DNA of 24,823 bases from Candidatus Woesebacteria bacterium. GTDB taxonomy: Bacteria; Patescibacteriota; Microgenomatia; UBA1406; GWC2-37-13. Position numbers and translations under genes: made by a program. Below, one piece after another: positions 24,501-24,823 of the stretch; the stretch's first letter is position 1; the number at the start of each line of letters is the position of its first letter. The notes beneath the pieces are model-generated. The model had not been told where the DNA came from and ran no database searches. It saw only the letters and a program-made list of their open reading frames with translations. Where the stretch lies: NCBI GenBank assembly GCA_017993865.1, contig JAGOLU010000001.1, forward strand, positions 1-24,823, read 5' to 3'.

Positions 24501-24823
24501 GCGTTGTTGTGTGCGCAGTGAGCTGAATGTACTAATGTCTTTACCGAGAGAAGGGTCATACAACGCCTGAATACCACCCAAACTTGTCACCGTAAAATCC
24601 AGATGACCACCCTCGATGTTTGTTGATTGGTGGGCCAAGTTACCAAGCATGGAATTGAGCTGGCGGAACATCTCGGCAGGGTTTGATGTCTGATCTCCGC
24701 CGTGTTGAAGTGCTTGCTGATAGGCTTCCTTCGGTTCATCTCGCATGTTGAGATAGTTTCGGTATACATTGCTCACCATGAAAATTACCGACTCACGAAC
24801 GTGTGTTGCGGTTTCAGATGCAA
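21582..24823 (-). CDS. 5'-truncated very large helical hypothetical protein (>1079 aa) with C-terminal hydrophobic anchor
   Basis: Frame stays open from ATG 24779 to the window edge, so the start lies outside. C-terminus YLTYILAFALVSYVTDAAKKATSKK. Confidence 0.85.
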   Translation of the reverse strand, partial: ASETATHVRESVIFMVSNVYRNYLNMRDEPKEAYQQALQHGGDQTSNPAEMFRQLNSMLGNLAHQSTNIEGGHLDFTVTSLGGIQALYDPSLGKDISTFSSLRTQQRGKSMYDFLNELKEEINADDGFFEAGHQYRYLSHMGSPDAQKKFFQSIGEHLKTAMTSRNMDRIYSMEDNTYITRAASFIETILKKRMGEKGWINEDEGKFFNEIFLNRGAGGRTLVLQVQEFLEENYPHLPDWQRRRVLQHAFTIVFAGRFRFQQIFSYANPTRGYQGQADDKQMFNNVFAPFQRAMRFPSTWDHDLFLKGAYWQPMYNMPGFNQQGKWDPFAAGKEGYKVFDDQKHESQGRLAWDMTEHFRGDLPEMFAPINRLKAGGYDTLRGWRRMANMGVIDKQLYTRLMGGGQPQFHAEYTVIDETGQSTKKVDGLTRIWKSVENVGVNEINAFADENIAEMIDYDKEGNLNNKESVNNFIDYLYTRYLNDQHEFGKFLPHNYLFGNLNKGPTNLDPFKFTEKMHNSNMFGSETGRAQSKEEFIRLFHARAAEIYQGAVKQESGKNAKDRKVGGIAVTNLKRQLLKPMMYDAMLVVIAERSPVEFLYRLRNQDEQNGLRLSTQIKNKYFDEASDSNKRTGSFAETLRIQASLDAKLSNKLGSTRSDERQAAKDEIWDQVTDDLAYVQGELRGEIDEEILQKRKLWEKSTDGLNIYGDNWDQTRSSVNGGRGYVMDDETLIRVMVKKYQPETAQQILEGKVPAQQVLHDLLSASGPGSESKKMLGLRIQRAVLLRKDIIAEMGAAPDINTTGEEGDKKKETEHLLRRKYLNQDGTIKSGLSGEERVAAERYLANYEKRINRARWLRRMWDEGFLGAIPFMADNSEVHKIFLNGDDTMVYRSTGECSVAEQYKLILDARAPEGADSNMLLMLKAAARKGTPETWGKLKSLGTNFRKISSDEIGNPEIFMPVVLGLTKMQLSGLANKQEVRNALGRWKTMFDKEGQSLFSKAWTNFEHKGMDAVTIRQFLLQISKTGGINPAQLEGFASFFQASWFHVAQELIPEYLTYILAFALVSYVTDAAKKATSKK

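Noticed and set aside
1-24823. Conjugative element or prophage
   Set aside because: Fic, ligase, VirB6-like and pilin genes could suggest one, but no integrase, relaxase, VirB4/VirD4, att repeats or phage structural genes are visible.
1-24823. Alternative genetic code (UGA recoding as in Gracilibacteria/Absconditabacteria)
   Set aside because: ORFs over 1000 aa are open in the standard code, and TGA ends fic (3894-3896) right after a complete wHTH and just before lig.

Overview
A gene-dense bacterial window read in the standard genetic code. The gene families, the absence of Shine-Dalgarno sites and the many unassignable large proteins most resemble a Patescibacteria/CPR (Microgenomates-like) chromosome; this taxonomy is an inference. 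Left part: a 5'-truncated membrane protein (degenerate PP2C-like domain, TM helix, beta-propeller), two VirB2/TrbC-like pilin genes, a divergent Fic-wHTH plus ATP-dependent DNA ligase pair, two tandem GT2 paralogues and a polytopic GT-C-like membrane protein. Right part: about 15 kb of large proteins of unknown function (489, 1125, 114, 1032 and >1079 aa) with a VirB6-like membrane protein and a 589-aa Cys-rich pilin fusion, probably a surface, secretion or host-interaction locus. The most striking sequence-level observation is at 9181-9470. Two near-consensus sigma70 promoters converge on a shared terminator hairpin across an imperfect direct repeat, giving two hairpins with the same AATTGGGGAC (YUNR) loop and a 13-codon ORF with a sequestered RBS. 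This resembles an antisense-RNA or type I toxin-antitoxin module. Most unit-leading genes have a -10 box 5-8 nt before the start codon, suggesting leaderless mRNAs. No rRNA, tRNA, CRISPR array, transposase or integrase was seen. All family calls come from motif reading by eye; no database search was run.
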